Source of the DNA: an uncultured Lentimicrobiaceae bacterium
GTDB taxonomy: Bacteria; Bacteroidota; Bacteroidia; Bacteroidales; SKPS01
NCBI GenBank assembly: GCA_964652685.1
Contig: CAZZBS010000007.1
Location: forward strand, 20,544-84,543
DNA length: 64,000 nucleotides
Direction of reading: 5' to 3'
The position numbers and the translations under genes were made by a program. The notes under the pieces were generated by a model. That model had not been told where the DNA came from. It saw only the letters and a list, made by a program, of their open reading frames with translations, and ran no database searches. Below, piece after piece: positions 9,464 to 16,726 of this stretch; position 1 is the first letter of the stretch; every line of letters starts with the position of its first letter.

Positions 9464-9817
9464 TCATCTGAGTCTGACCAGCACAGCATCTTTAGAAACG
9501 TGGTCCCCCACCTTGACCAGTATTTCATCCACAACACCTTGTTCATTGGTGAGGAGGTCATTTTTCATCTTCATCGCTTCCAACACCACCAGTTTATCCC
9601 CTTTTTTCACTTTGGCTCCCTCTTTCACATACAACTTTCTAATCACACCGGGTATCGCAGCTTTAATGATTTTATGGTCAAGAGGTTCGTAGGGTTTGCG
9701 GTTTTTATACTTCAGATGAAGGGCGGTCTTATATTGTGTTCCATCAATTTCAAAGCTTTCAAGCTTCTCTTCAGGGATAAGCCTGGGCTCATCCGGATAA
9801 AACTTCTGTTCGTTCAT
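9464..9817 (-). CDS. Biotin/lipoyl-attachment (biotin carboxyl carrier-like) protein
   Basis: 117 aa with the biotinylation motif VLEAMKMKNDL near the C-terminus. It lies 12 nt downstream of the carboxyltransferase gene. Confidence 0.85.
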   Translation of the reverse strand: MNEQKFYPDEPRLIPEEKLESFEIDGTQYKTALHLKYKNRKPYEPLDHKIIKAAIPGVIRKLYVKEGAKVKKGDKLVVLEAMKMKNDLLTNEQGVVDEILVKVGDHVSKDAVLVRLR

Positions 9818-9829
9818 AACTTCCGATTT

Positions 9830-11377
9830 TTAGAAAGGAGGAATACCATGTTTTTTGGCCGGGCCTTTGACATCCTTGTTCCGGGCTATCTCAAGGGCAT
9901 GAAGCACAATTTTCCGTGTGTCCGAGGGTTCAATGACGGCATCAACATAGCCGTAAGCGGCAGCAACGTAAGGATTGGCGAATTTTTCCTTGTATTCTTT
10001 GATCTTCAGTTTTCGCATTTCTTCAGGGTTTTCGGCTGTGGTGATCTCTTTTCTGAAGATGATGTTGGCAGCCCCTTCAGGGCCCATGACAGCAATTTCC
10101 GCAGTAGGCCAGGCAAAAACGAAGTCGGCCCGCAGGTGTGTGGAACACATGGCGATGTAACCACCGCCGTAAGCTTTACGAAGGATCACGGTGGTCTTTG
10201 GAACCGTGGCTTCACTGTAAGCATATAAAACCTTGGCTCCATGCCTGATCACACCGGCATGTTCCTGGTCGATGCCCGGAAGATAGCCGGGAAGATCAAC
10301 AAGGGTGACCAGTGGAATATTGAATGCGTTGCAAAAGCGCACAAAACGGGCAGCTTTATCTGATGAATCAACATCCAGTACACCTGCGAGCACCATGGGC
10401 TGGTTTGCCACAAATCCCACCGTTTGTCCGTTCATCCGGGCAAAACCCACCACAATGTTGGCAGCCCAGAATTCCTGGACTTCAAAAAACTTAGAATCAT
10501 CACAGATCGCCATGATGATATTCCGTACATCGTAAGGTTGCTTGGGATTGGTGGGGAAGATATCATCAATCTTAAAGGAACGGCTTCGGGGATTCTTCGG
10601 TGGGTAAGGATCTGCTGTCTTGGTGTTGTTCCATGGAATATAACTAACCAGTTCCTTGATCTGTTCGAAGCATTCCTGTTCACTTTCAGCGTAAAAATGT
10701 GCGTTCCCGGTAATGGAGGCGTGAACTTTTGCACCTCCAAGGTCCTCCATTGAAATTTCCTCCCCGATGACCGTCTTGATCACCTCAGGCCCGGTAATGA
10801 ACATTTTGGAGATCTTATCAACAACAAAAACAAAATCGGTGAGCGCAGGTGAATAGACAGCTCCTCCTGCACACGGGCCCAGGATTACCGAAATCTGCGG
10901 AATATAACCTGATGCCTGGGTGTTCCGGTAAAAGATCTCACCGTAACCTGCCAGTGAATTGACACCCTCCTGGATCCTGGCGCCACCTGAGTCATTGATG
11001 CCGATGATCGGGACCTTGAGCTTCATGGCGTGGTCCATGATCTTCGTGATCTTCTTGGCATGCATGTAACCCAGCGATCCACCGGCAACAGTGAAATCCT
11101 GTGCGTATATGCAGACAGGGTGCCCCTGAATGGCTCCCGTACCGGTGACTACACCGTCACCTGGCAGATACTTCTTGTCCATGTCGAAATCTTTTCCGGC
11201 ATGTTCAACAAAAAGATCATATTCATGAAACGATTCTTTATCCAGAAGCGCCAAAATACGCTCCCTTGCCGTAAGCTTGCCAACTGCCTTCTGTTTCTCA
11301 ATTGCCTGGGATCCACCACCCTGGACCGCCTCCTTCATCCTTCTCTTAAGATCGGTGGTCTTGGTTTTTAATGACAT
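9830..11377 (-). CDS. Acyl-CoA carboxyltransferase (methylmalonyl-CoA decarboxylase alpha / propionyl-CoA carboxylase beta family)
   Basis: 515 aa. Carboxyl-transferase motifs are present: GGSLGYMHAKKI, NDSGGARIQEGV, GPCAGGAVYSPALTDF and VILRKAYGGGYIAM. Confidence 0.9.
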   Translation of the reverse strand: MSLKTKTTDLKRRMKEAVQGGGSQAIEKQKAVGKLTARERILALLDKESFHEYDLFVEHAGKDFDMDKKYLPGDGVVTGTGAIQGHPVCIYAQDFTVAGGSLGYMHAKKITKIMDHAMKLKVPIIGINDSGGARIQEGVNSLAGYGEIFYRNTQASGYIPQISVILGPCAGGAVYSPALTDFVFVVDKISKMFITGPEVIKTVIGEEISMEDLGGAKVHASITGNAHFYAESEQECFEQIKELVSYIPWNNTKTADPYPPKNPRSRSFKIDDIFPTNPKQPYDVRNIIMAICDDSKFFEVQEFWAANIVVGFARMNGQTVGFVANQPMVLAGVLDVDSSDKAARFVRFCNAFNIPLVTLVDLPGYLPGIDQEHAGVIRHGAKVLYAYSEATVPKTTVILRKAYGGGYIAMCSTHLRADFVFAWPTAEIAVMGPEGAANIIFRKEITTAENPEEMRKLKIKEYKEKFANPYVAAAYGYVDAVIEPSDTRKIVLHALEIARNKDVKGPAKKHGIPPF

Positions 11378-11449
11378 GATAATCAGATTTAATGATCAAT
11401 CGGTTAATGGGTTTTTACACGTCCTGGCAGCCAGGATTTATCAAGGATG

Positions 11450-11457
11450 CAAATATA
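11450..11457 (-). promoter_or_regulatory. -7 box TATATTTG (minus strand) upstream of the carboxyltransferase operon
   Basis: The plus strand reads CAAATATA, the reverse complement of TAnnTTTG. It lies 73 nt upstream of the start at 11377. Confidence 0.4.
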
Positions 11458-11671
11458 AATAAAAATAACCCGGAATAACTTTTTCCGGAAGAAGGGGATG
11501 CGTCGGCTGTAATACACAGTTGTGGAGCACGTTATAGATTGTTTGTTACAGGTTACTTGTTGCTTGTAGGTTGTTGTTGATCTGCACCTCTCCTTTTGAG
11601 GAGAGGGGCTGGGATTTAAGGATGTTGAAGGTTAAGGAGAGGATTCAGGTTATCATCAAAACTTTAAAATG

Positions 11672-11679
11672 TATCTTTG
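11672..11679 (+). promoter_or_regulatory. -7 box TATCTTTG upstream of the mmcQ/yjbR-like gene
   Basis: Exact TAnnTTTG match, 53 nt upstream of the ATG at 11732. Confidence 0.4.
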
Positions 11680-11731
11680 TCAGGTATGAATTTCACTTAT
11701 TGGCAACACTTAACCAGCAACCGGTAATCCA

Positions 11732-12085
11732 ATGAACATCGAGCAACTTCGTGAGTATTGCATATCGAAGAAAGGTGCCACTGAGGATTTCCCGTTTGAT
11801 GACGAAACGCTGGTGATCAGGGTGATGAATAAAATCTTTGCCATTCTGCCGCTGGAGCGGGGTGCCTGTATCAACCTGAAATGTGATCCGGAGCAGGTAG
11901 TAGCCTTGAGGGAACATTACCAGGCGGTGGAACCTGCTTATCATATGAACAAACAACACTGGAATACGGTTTGGTCCGACCGTGATGCAAAAACCGAAGA
12001 TATTTGCCGGTGGATCGATCATTCCTACAACCTTGTGGTGGCCTCCCTGCCCCGGAAATTAAAAAAAACACTTGAACATCTTTAA
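11732..12085 (+). CDS. MmcQ/YjbR family DNA-binding protein
   Basis: 117 aa. MNIEQLREYCISKKGATEDFPFDDETLVIRVMNKIFAIL...HMNKQHWNTV is the typical YjbR-family pattern. Confidence 0.75.
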   Translation: MNIEQLREYCISKKGATEDFPFDDETLVIRVMNKIFAILPLERGACINLKCDPEQVVALREHYQAVEPAYHMNKQHWNTVWSDRDAKTEDICRWIDHSYNLVVASLPRKLKKTLEHL

Positions 12086-12132
12086 TGATTGAATCAGAAG
12101 AATAATACAATATGCGAGTAAAAAACCGGAAG

Positions 12133-13107
12133 ATGAAAAATGTGGCCGTAATTGCCGGAGGGAATTCAGGGGAGCATGGCATTTCGGTGAACAGCGCATC
12201 CCTTATTATGGAACATATCGACAGGCATCGGTTTCAGCCCTTTTTGGTGATTGTGAAGGGCACCGAATGGATTTGTGTAGATTCACGTTTTCAAATCCCG
12301 GTTAATAAAAATGATATGAGCATCAGCATTGATGATGACGCCATCAGGTTTGATGTGGTTTTCAATATCATCCATGGCACACCAGGGGAGGATGGCATGT
12401 TACAGGGCTTTCTCGATATGATGGGTATCCCTTGTACCTCTTCAGGCAGGCTTACTTCAGCTCTCACTTTCAACAAGTATATGTGCAGTCGTTATGTTTC
12501 GCAAGCCGGATGCGTTAACCAGGCCGATGCTGTCCTGCTCCGACAGGGTGCAGACTATTCAGGCCGGGATATACTGGAGGTAACGGGATTACCTTGTTTT
12601 GTAAAGCCCAACAAGGGGGGTAGCAGTGTTGGGATGTCGAAGGTGCATCATGCGGAAGAGCTGGATGTTGCTATCGGGAAAGCTTTTGAACAGGACGATG
12701 AGGTTTTGATCCAGGCATTTATCAAAGGAATTGAAGTAACCTGCGGTGTGTTCACCATGGGAGGAAATCTGGTTGTATTACCCCTGACGGAGATTGTCCC
12801 TAAAACAGAATACTTTGATTTCGAAGCCAAATATCAAGGCATGTCAGAAGAAATCACTCCGGCCCGTATCCCACGTGATCAGGAAATCGAGGTGAAGCGC
12901 ATTTCTTCTTTCCTGTATCGCTATCTTGATTGCAGGGGTGTGGTACGGTTTGATTATATCCTGTCTGACAAAGGATTGTTTTTCCTGGAGGTGAATACCA
13001 TCCCCGGTATGTCGAAAGAGAGCATCGTTCCCAAGCAACTGGCATATCATGGTTTATCATTTACCGATTTTATTACCTGTCTCATAGAGGAGGCCATGGT
13101 TCAGTAA
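12133..13107 (+). CDS. ddl: D-alanine--D-alanine ligase
   Basis: The N-terminus is MKNVAVIAGGNSGEHGISVNS. ATP-grasp motifs are FVKPNKGGSSVGMSKV and FLEVNTIPGMS. The ORF-track start at 12112 adds 7 aa, so ATG 12133 is preferred. Confidence 0.9.
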   Translation: MKNVAVIAGGNSGEHGISVNSASLIMEHIDRHRFQPFLVIVKGTEWICVDSRFQIPVNKNDMSISIDDDAIRFDVVFNIIHGTPGEDGMLQGFLDMMGIPCTSSGRLTSALTFNKYMCSRYVSQAGCVNQADAVLLRQGADYSGRDILEVTGLPCFVKPNKGGSSVGMSKVHHAEELDVAIGKAFEQDDEVLIQAFIKGIEVTCGVFTMGGNLVVLPLTEIVPKTEYFDFEAKYQGMSEEITPARIPRDQEIEVKRISSFLYRYLDCRGVVRFDYILSDKGLFFLEVNTIPGMSKESIVPKQLAYHGLSFTDFITCLIEEAMVQ

Positions 13108-13695
13108 AAGGAATGAGGACATTTTTCTCAGTGCCTGGTAACGGTGACTGATCCGGTTCTTTTCACCGGTCGTCATGGAGGCAAAGGTGCTGTCATATCC
13201 TGTTGGCCTGAAAACAGGATCATATCCGAATCCTGCACCCCCCTCGGTGTGGGAAAGAATTTCACCCTCCACGACACCCTCAAACATATATTCTTTGCCC
13301 TTGATGATCAGGCTTATCACCGTCCGGAACCGTGCACGCCTGTCATTGGATTTCTTCATCAGGTGCAGCAACTTGGTGATATTTTTCCCGGAATCAGCCT
13401 CCGGGCCGGCAAACCGGGCTGAGTATACCCCCGGAATGCCTCCCAATGTGTAAACCTCAAGCCCTGTATCATCAGCAAAACAATCTGTCCCGTATAAGGC
13501 ATAGACATGGTGCGACTTAAAAGAGGCGTTCTTTTCAAGGGTATCCCCCTCCTCCGGTATCTCACCATGAAAACCCGTATCCGCAAGGTTTTTCAGTTCA
13601 ATAGCACGCAGTAGACCCTCCTGTCGTAAGATGTCTCTGGCTTCATCAAATTTATGGCTGTTGAGGGTAGCCATCAGCAACCGCTGTTTTTCCAT
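13057..13695 (-). CDS. rdgB: Non-canonical purine NTP pyrophosphatase (RdgB/HAM1 family)
   Basis: Motifs are ATLNSHKFDEARDIL, FADDTGLEV, ARFAG and GFGYDPVF. The 3' end overlaps the ddl 3' end by 51 nt (convergent). Confidence 0.85.
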   Translation of the reverse strand: MEKQRLLMATLNSHKFDEARDILRQEGLLRAIELKNLADTGFHGEIPEEGDTLEKNASFKSHHVYALYGTDCFADDTGLEVYTLGGIPGVYSARFAGPEADSGKNITKLLHLMKKSNDRRARFRTVISLIIKGKEYMFEGVVEGEILSHTEGGAGFGYDPVFRPTGYDSTFASMTTGEKNRISHRYQALRKMSSFLLLNHGLLYETGNKIGK

Positions 13696-13717
13696 AGGTT
13701 CTCTTTTCTCGGATCTG

Positions 13718-13725
13718 CAAAAATA
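13718..13725 (-). promoter_or_regulatory. -7 box TATTTTTG (minus strand) upstream of rdgB
   Basis: The plus strand reads CAAAAATA, 23 nt upstream of the start at 13695. Confidence 0.4.
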
Positions 13726-13788
13726 TCATTTCATTACCAGGGCAGACCTCTTTTTTTTTACCTTTACATCTTTATATTGACAAACAAG

Positions 13789-15030
13789 ATGAAGCGGTTC
13801 AGCGGGGTTTTCTACGAAAACATCAGGATTGCGTTCGGATCGGTCAGGAACCATATGCTGCGAAGCATTCTGACCATGCTGATCATCGCTTTTGGCATTA
13901 CGGCGCTGGTTGGCATTCTTACAGCCATTGACTCGATCAGGTATTCACTTACCAGTGAATTCAGCAGGATGGGTGCCAATACCTTTTCAATCCGAAACCG
14001 CGATATGTTTTCAAGAGGGGAGGGTGAAACCGTCAGCAATCCTCCGATTACTTACCGTGAGGCCTGTGCTTTCAAAGACAGGTTTGCATACGGAGCAACG
14101 GTATCTTTTTTCATTTATGGCAATCAGCCGCTTACTGTCAGATATGGCAGTCAGAAGACCAATCCCAACATCTCCATGATAGGGGTTGATGAGCATTATC
14201 TGGAAACATCCGGCAATTCGCTGGATCGTGGGAGAAACTTCTCCACCATCGAGTGCGAGTTTGGCTCCGGTGTTGCCATCATTGGCAGCGTGCTGGCTGA
14301 ACGGCTCTTTCAGATGGTGACGGATCCGGTTGGAAAGATGATAAAGGTGGGCAGTGCTAGTTACAGGATTGTGGGAGTCATGAAATCGCGCGGATCTTCC
14401 ATGGGTTTTTCCGGGGATAACAATGTATTTGTCCCTGTTAATAACCTGCGCAGGTATTTGTCTGATCCGGGGCGCTCCTATCAGATATTTGTCAAGGTCC
14501 CGGATACCCGTTCCATGCAAGGAGCCGTTTCTGAAACCACCGCCCTGTTCCGGAAGATACGAAAGCTCGACCCGAGAGAAGCGGATGATTTCAGCATTGA
14601 ACAAAGCGACAACCTCGTCAAGATGCTGATGGATAACATATCCACCATTACGCTGGCGGCAACCTTCATCGGCCTGATCACCCTGCTGGGTGCAGCCATT
14701 GGACTGATGAACATCATGCTCGTAAGTGTCACGGAGAGGACACGTGAAATCGGGATCCGTAAAGCCATAGGTGCAACCAGTGTCATGATCCGGAACCAGT
14801 TCCTGATCGAAGCTGTCGTGATCGGTGTGATGGGAGGAATCATAGGTATTCTGGGAGGGATGCTGGTAGGAAATATCACCACACTCATTACCGGTGGCAG
14901 TTTTATCATTCCCTGGGGGTGGATGATGTTGGGAGTATTCCTGTGTATGATCGTCGGACTGATCTCTGGCTTATATCCTGCTTCCAGGGCAGCCCAACTG
15001 GATCCCATCGAGTCGCTCCGGTATGAATGA
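13789..15030 (+). CDS. ABC transporter permease, MacB/FtsX family
   Basis: The sequence begins MKRFSGVFYENIRIAFGSVRNHMLRSILTMLIIAFGI (TM1). A large periplasmic MacB-like domain follows, then the FtsX region ERTREIGIRKAIGA plus 3 TM helices. The ORF-track start at 13654 overlaps rdgB and its promoter, so ATG 13789 is preferred. No ATPase gene is adjacent. Confidence 0.85.
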   Translation: MKRFSGVFYENIRIAFGSVRNHMLRSILTMLIIAFGITALVGILTAIDSIRYSLTSEFSRMGANTFSIRNRDMFSRGEGETVSNPPITYREACAFKDRFAYGATVSFFIYGNQPLTVRYGSQKTNPNISMIGVDEHYLETSGNSLDRGRNFSTIECEFGSGVAIIGSVLAERLFQMVTDPVGKMIKVGSASYRIVGVMKSRGSSMGFSGDNNVFVPVNNLRRYLSDPGRSYQIFVKVPDTRSMQGAVSETTALFRKIRKLDPREADDFSIEQSDNLVKMLMDNISTITLAATFIGLITLLGAAIGLMNIMLVSVTERTREIGIRKAIGATSVMIRNQFLIEAVVIGVMGGIIGILGGMLVGNITTLITGGSFIIPWGWMMLGVFLCMIVGLISGLYPASRAAQLDPIESLRYE

Positions 15031-15069
15031 TGCCCCCAGACATGATCCTGACACTATCGCTTTTCAATG

Positions 15070-15100
15070 TTTGCCAGTTCCCTCTATCAATGTATCTTTG
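15070..15100 (+). promoter_or_regulatory. Canonical Bacteroidota promoter: TTTG, 19-nt spacer, TATCTTTG
   Basis: The -33 TTTG is at 15070-15073 and the -7 TATCTTTG at 15093-15100, with a 19-nt spacer. The -7 box ends 23 nt before ATG 15124. Confidence 0.55.
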
Positions 15101-15123
15101 TTCATGATTGTAAGATAATACCT

Positions 15124-16719
15124 ATGCGGCCTAAACTCTGCCTGCCACTTGTTGCAGCCGTGCTGCTGATGCAATCGCCGGTTACCTTTGCACAGGATAT
15201 ACTGCGTATTGAAATGGAAGCATCTAACCTTGCCCTGCCTTATTATACCATTCCGGCAGGTCAACAGGGGGTCATCATATTCAGAGGCATTGATATAAAG
15301 AACAGAAGGATCAGCACATGGGAAATCATTCATTATAATGTCCATTTCAAGGAAGTTTCAAGAAATATCATACACCCCTCCAACCTCGCTTCCTTTGCCG
15401 GTTGGGAGATCAGTCAACAGTGCCTGGCTCTGCTTTTCCTCGGGGAATCATCCGGATTTACAGGCGAAATGATCATCTATGACCTGGAACATTTGCATAA
15501 AACCAGCAAGCCTTTCAGTTATCCGGATTACGCCATCCAATCCCCGGCATTCATCCTGGCAGGAAATACCTTTTACCTCTGCGGCATGCGCCAGACGGCA
15601 TCCAGAGGGTTATCCGGATTATTGGGCGCAAACCGCACAAAGAAGGAGGATAAAGAACTGTTGATACTTACCGGGAAAATGGATGCTGAAATCATGACAC
15701 TGGAAACAAAAAGTATCCCTGACCTTCATGAGCTGGCATTCATCCAGCCCGATTTCCAGGGGGATGCTATCCTGATTGCCTGGAGGGAATACGCAGGGAA
15801 GTATAGTGAGATGCTTGCCGTTGGACGATACCGTCAGGGAGAGGAAATCAATCGCCTCGGCATGGTAAGGAACACACCCGAACATTATCTGATCGATTTC
15901 TGCTTTGTAAGATTTGGTGAAATATCCACAGCGCTGGCAGGCACCTACGGATCCAGGGATAAAAGGTCATGGAGAAGGAATGAATCAGCATCCGGTGAAG
16001 GGATTTTCTTTGCAAGATTCGATACTACTTCGGCTGAACAGGTAAGGTATTATCCCTTCACCTCTTTCAGGAATTTTGCCCTTGCCATGAAACAGAACCA
16101 TTACAGGAGAAGTACCTCCTCCATGCGAAGTCAGCCAGGAAAAGGGAAAACTGCTTTTCGCATCCTGCTTCATGAAACACCGTATGAATTCAATAATAAC
16201 CTGATTTTAGTCGGCGAATCGTATTATCCTGAATATGAATACGAAAACAGAACACAGTATTTTCCCACACCCTATTATTACTATGGGTATTATCCCGGAT
16301 TTTATGATACCGGGGGCAGATGGGTTTTCAAGGGATTCAGGTATGAATATGCCATCGTCGTGGCATTTGATGAGCATGGCCGGCTGGTTTGGGAAAACGG
16401 ATTTGAAACCTCCAATATCCTCAATCAAACCCTGACAACACGCCTGAGCCTGCTACCTTATGCTGATGAGGCGGTGCTGGTGTATGCGAATGAAGGGAGA
16501 ATCTGGTACCGTGTGATCAGGGGAAGTGAAGTACTGGTTGACAAAGAGAGTTCATCTGTGGAGCTTCCTTCACCGGCCGAAAAGGTCAGGGAGCATTATG
16601 CGATGAACATGAAACCCTGGTACGACAGCTATTTCCTGGTCTGGGGCAGACAGGCCATCAGAGGGGCTGATGGCCGGTCGCGGACCGTCTTTTACTGTAA
16701 CAAAGTGGCTTTTGAATAA
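15124..16719 (+). CDS. Hypothetical secreted protein with a Tyr-rich segment
   Basis: 531 aa from ATG 15124. The signal peptide is MRPKLCLPLVAAVLLMQSPVTFAQ. It has an unusual aromatic tract (ESYYPEYEYENRTQYFPTPYYYYGYYPGFYD). I recognise no family. The ORF-track start at 15067 lies inside the promoter. Confidence 0.7.
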   Translation: MRPKLCLPLVAAVLLMQSPVTFAQDILRIEMEASNLALPYYTIPAGQQGVIIFRGIDIKNRRISTWEIIHYNVHFKEVSRNIIHPSNLASFAGWEISQQCLALLFLGESSGFTGEMIIYDLEHLHKTSKPFSYPDYAIQSPAFILAGNTFYLCGMRQTASRGLSGLLGANRTKKEDKELLILTGKMDAEIMTLETKSIPDLHELAFIQPDFQGDAILIAWREYAGKYSEMLAVGRYRQGEEINRLGMVRNTPEHYLIDFCFVRFGEISTALAGTYGSRDKRSWRRNESASGEGIFFARFDTTSAEQVRYYPFTSFRNFALAMKQNHYRRSTSSMRSQPGKGKTAFRILLHETPYEFNNNLILVGESYYPEYEYENRTQYFPTPYYYYGYYPGFYDTGGRWVFKGFRYEYAIVVAFDEHGRLVWENGFETSNILNQTLTTRLSLLPYADEAVLVYANEGRIWYRVIRGSEVLVDKESSSVELPSPAEKVREHYAMNMKPWYDSYFLVWGRQAIRGADGRSRTVFYCNKVAFE

Positions 16720-16726
16720 TACCCTG

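Noticed and set aside
9443-10228. 261-aa plus-strand ORF antisense to the carboxyltransferase and biotinyl-protein genes
   Set aside because: It lies in the codon-aligned antisense frame: its codon position 1 is opposite position 3 of the real genes. In that frame stops arise only from rare TTA/CTA/TCA sense codons. The product is low-complexity (Phe/His/Arg-rich) with no recognisable motif, and the sense genes have strong family signatures.
11481-11510. TCCGGAAGAAGGGGATGCG resembling the SRP-RNA domain IV GGAAG region
   Set aside because: Only a few bases match. The conserved symmetric and asymmetric loop context and the closing helix of 4.5S RNA are absent, and the segment sits between two divergent promoters.
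13654-13788. 5'-extended ORF-track starts (13654, 15067, 20547, 21331, 41075, 59899, 61794 and 55280)
   Set aside because: Each extension overlaps the preceding gene or a promoter box and precedes an obvious signal peptide or conserved family N-terminus. The downstream ATG was used instead.
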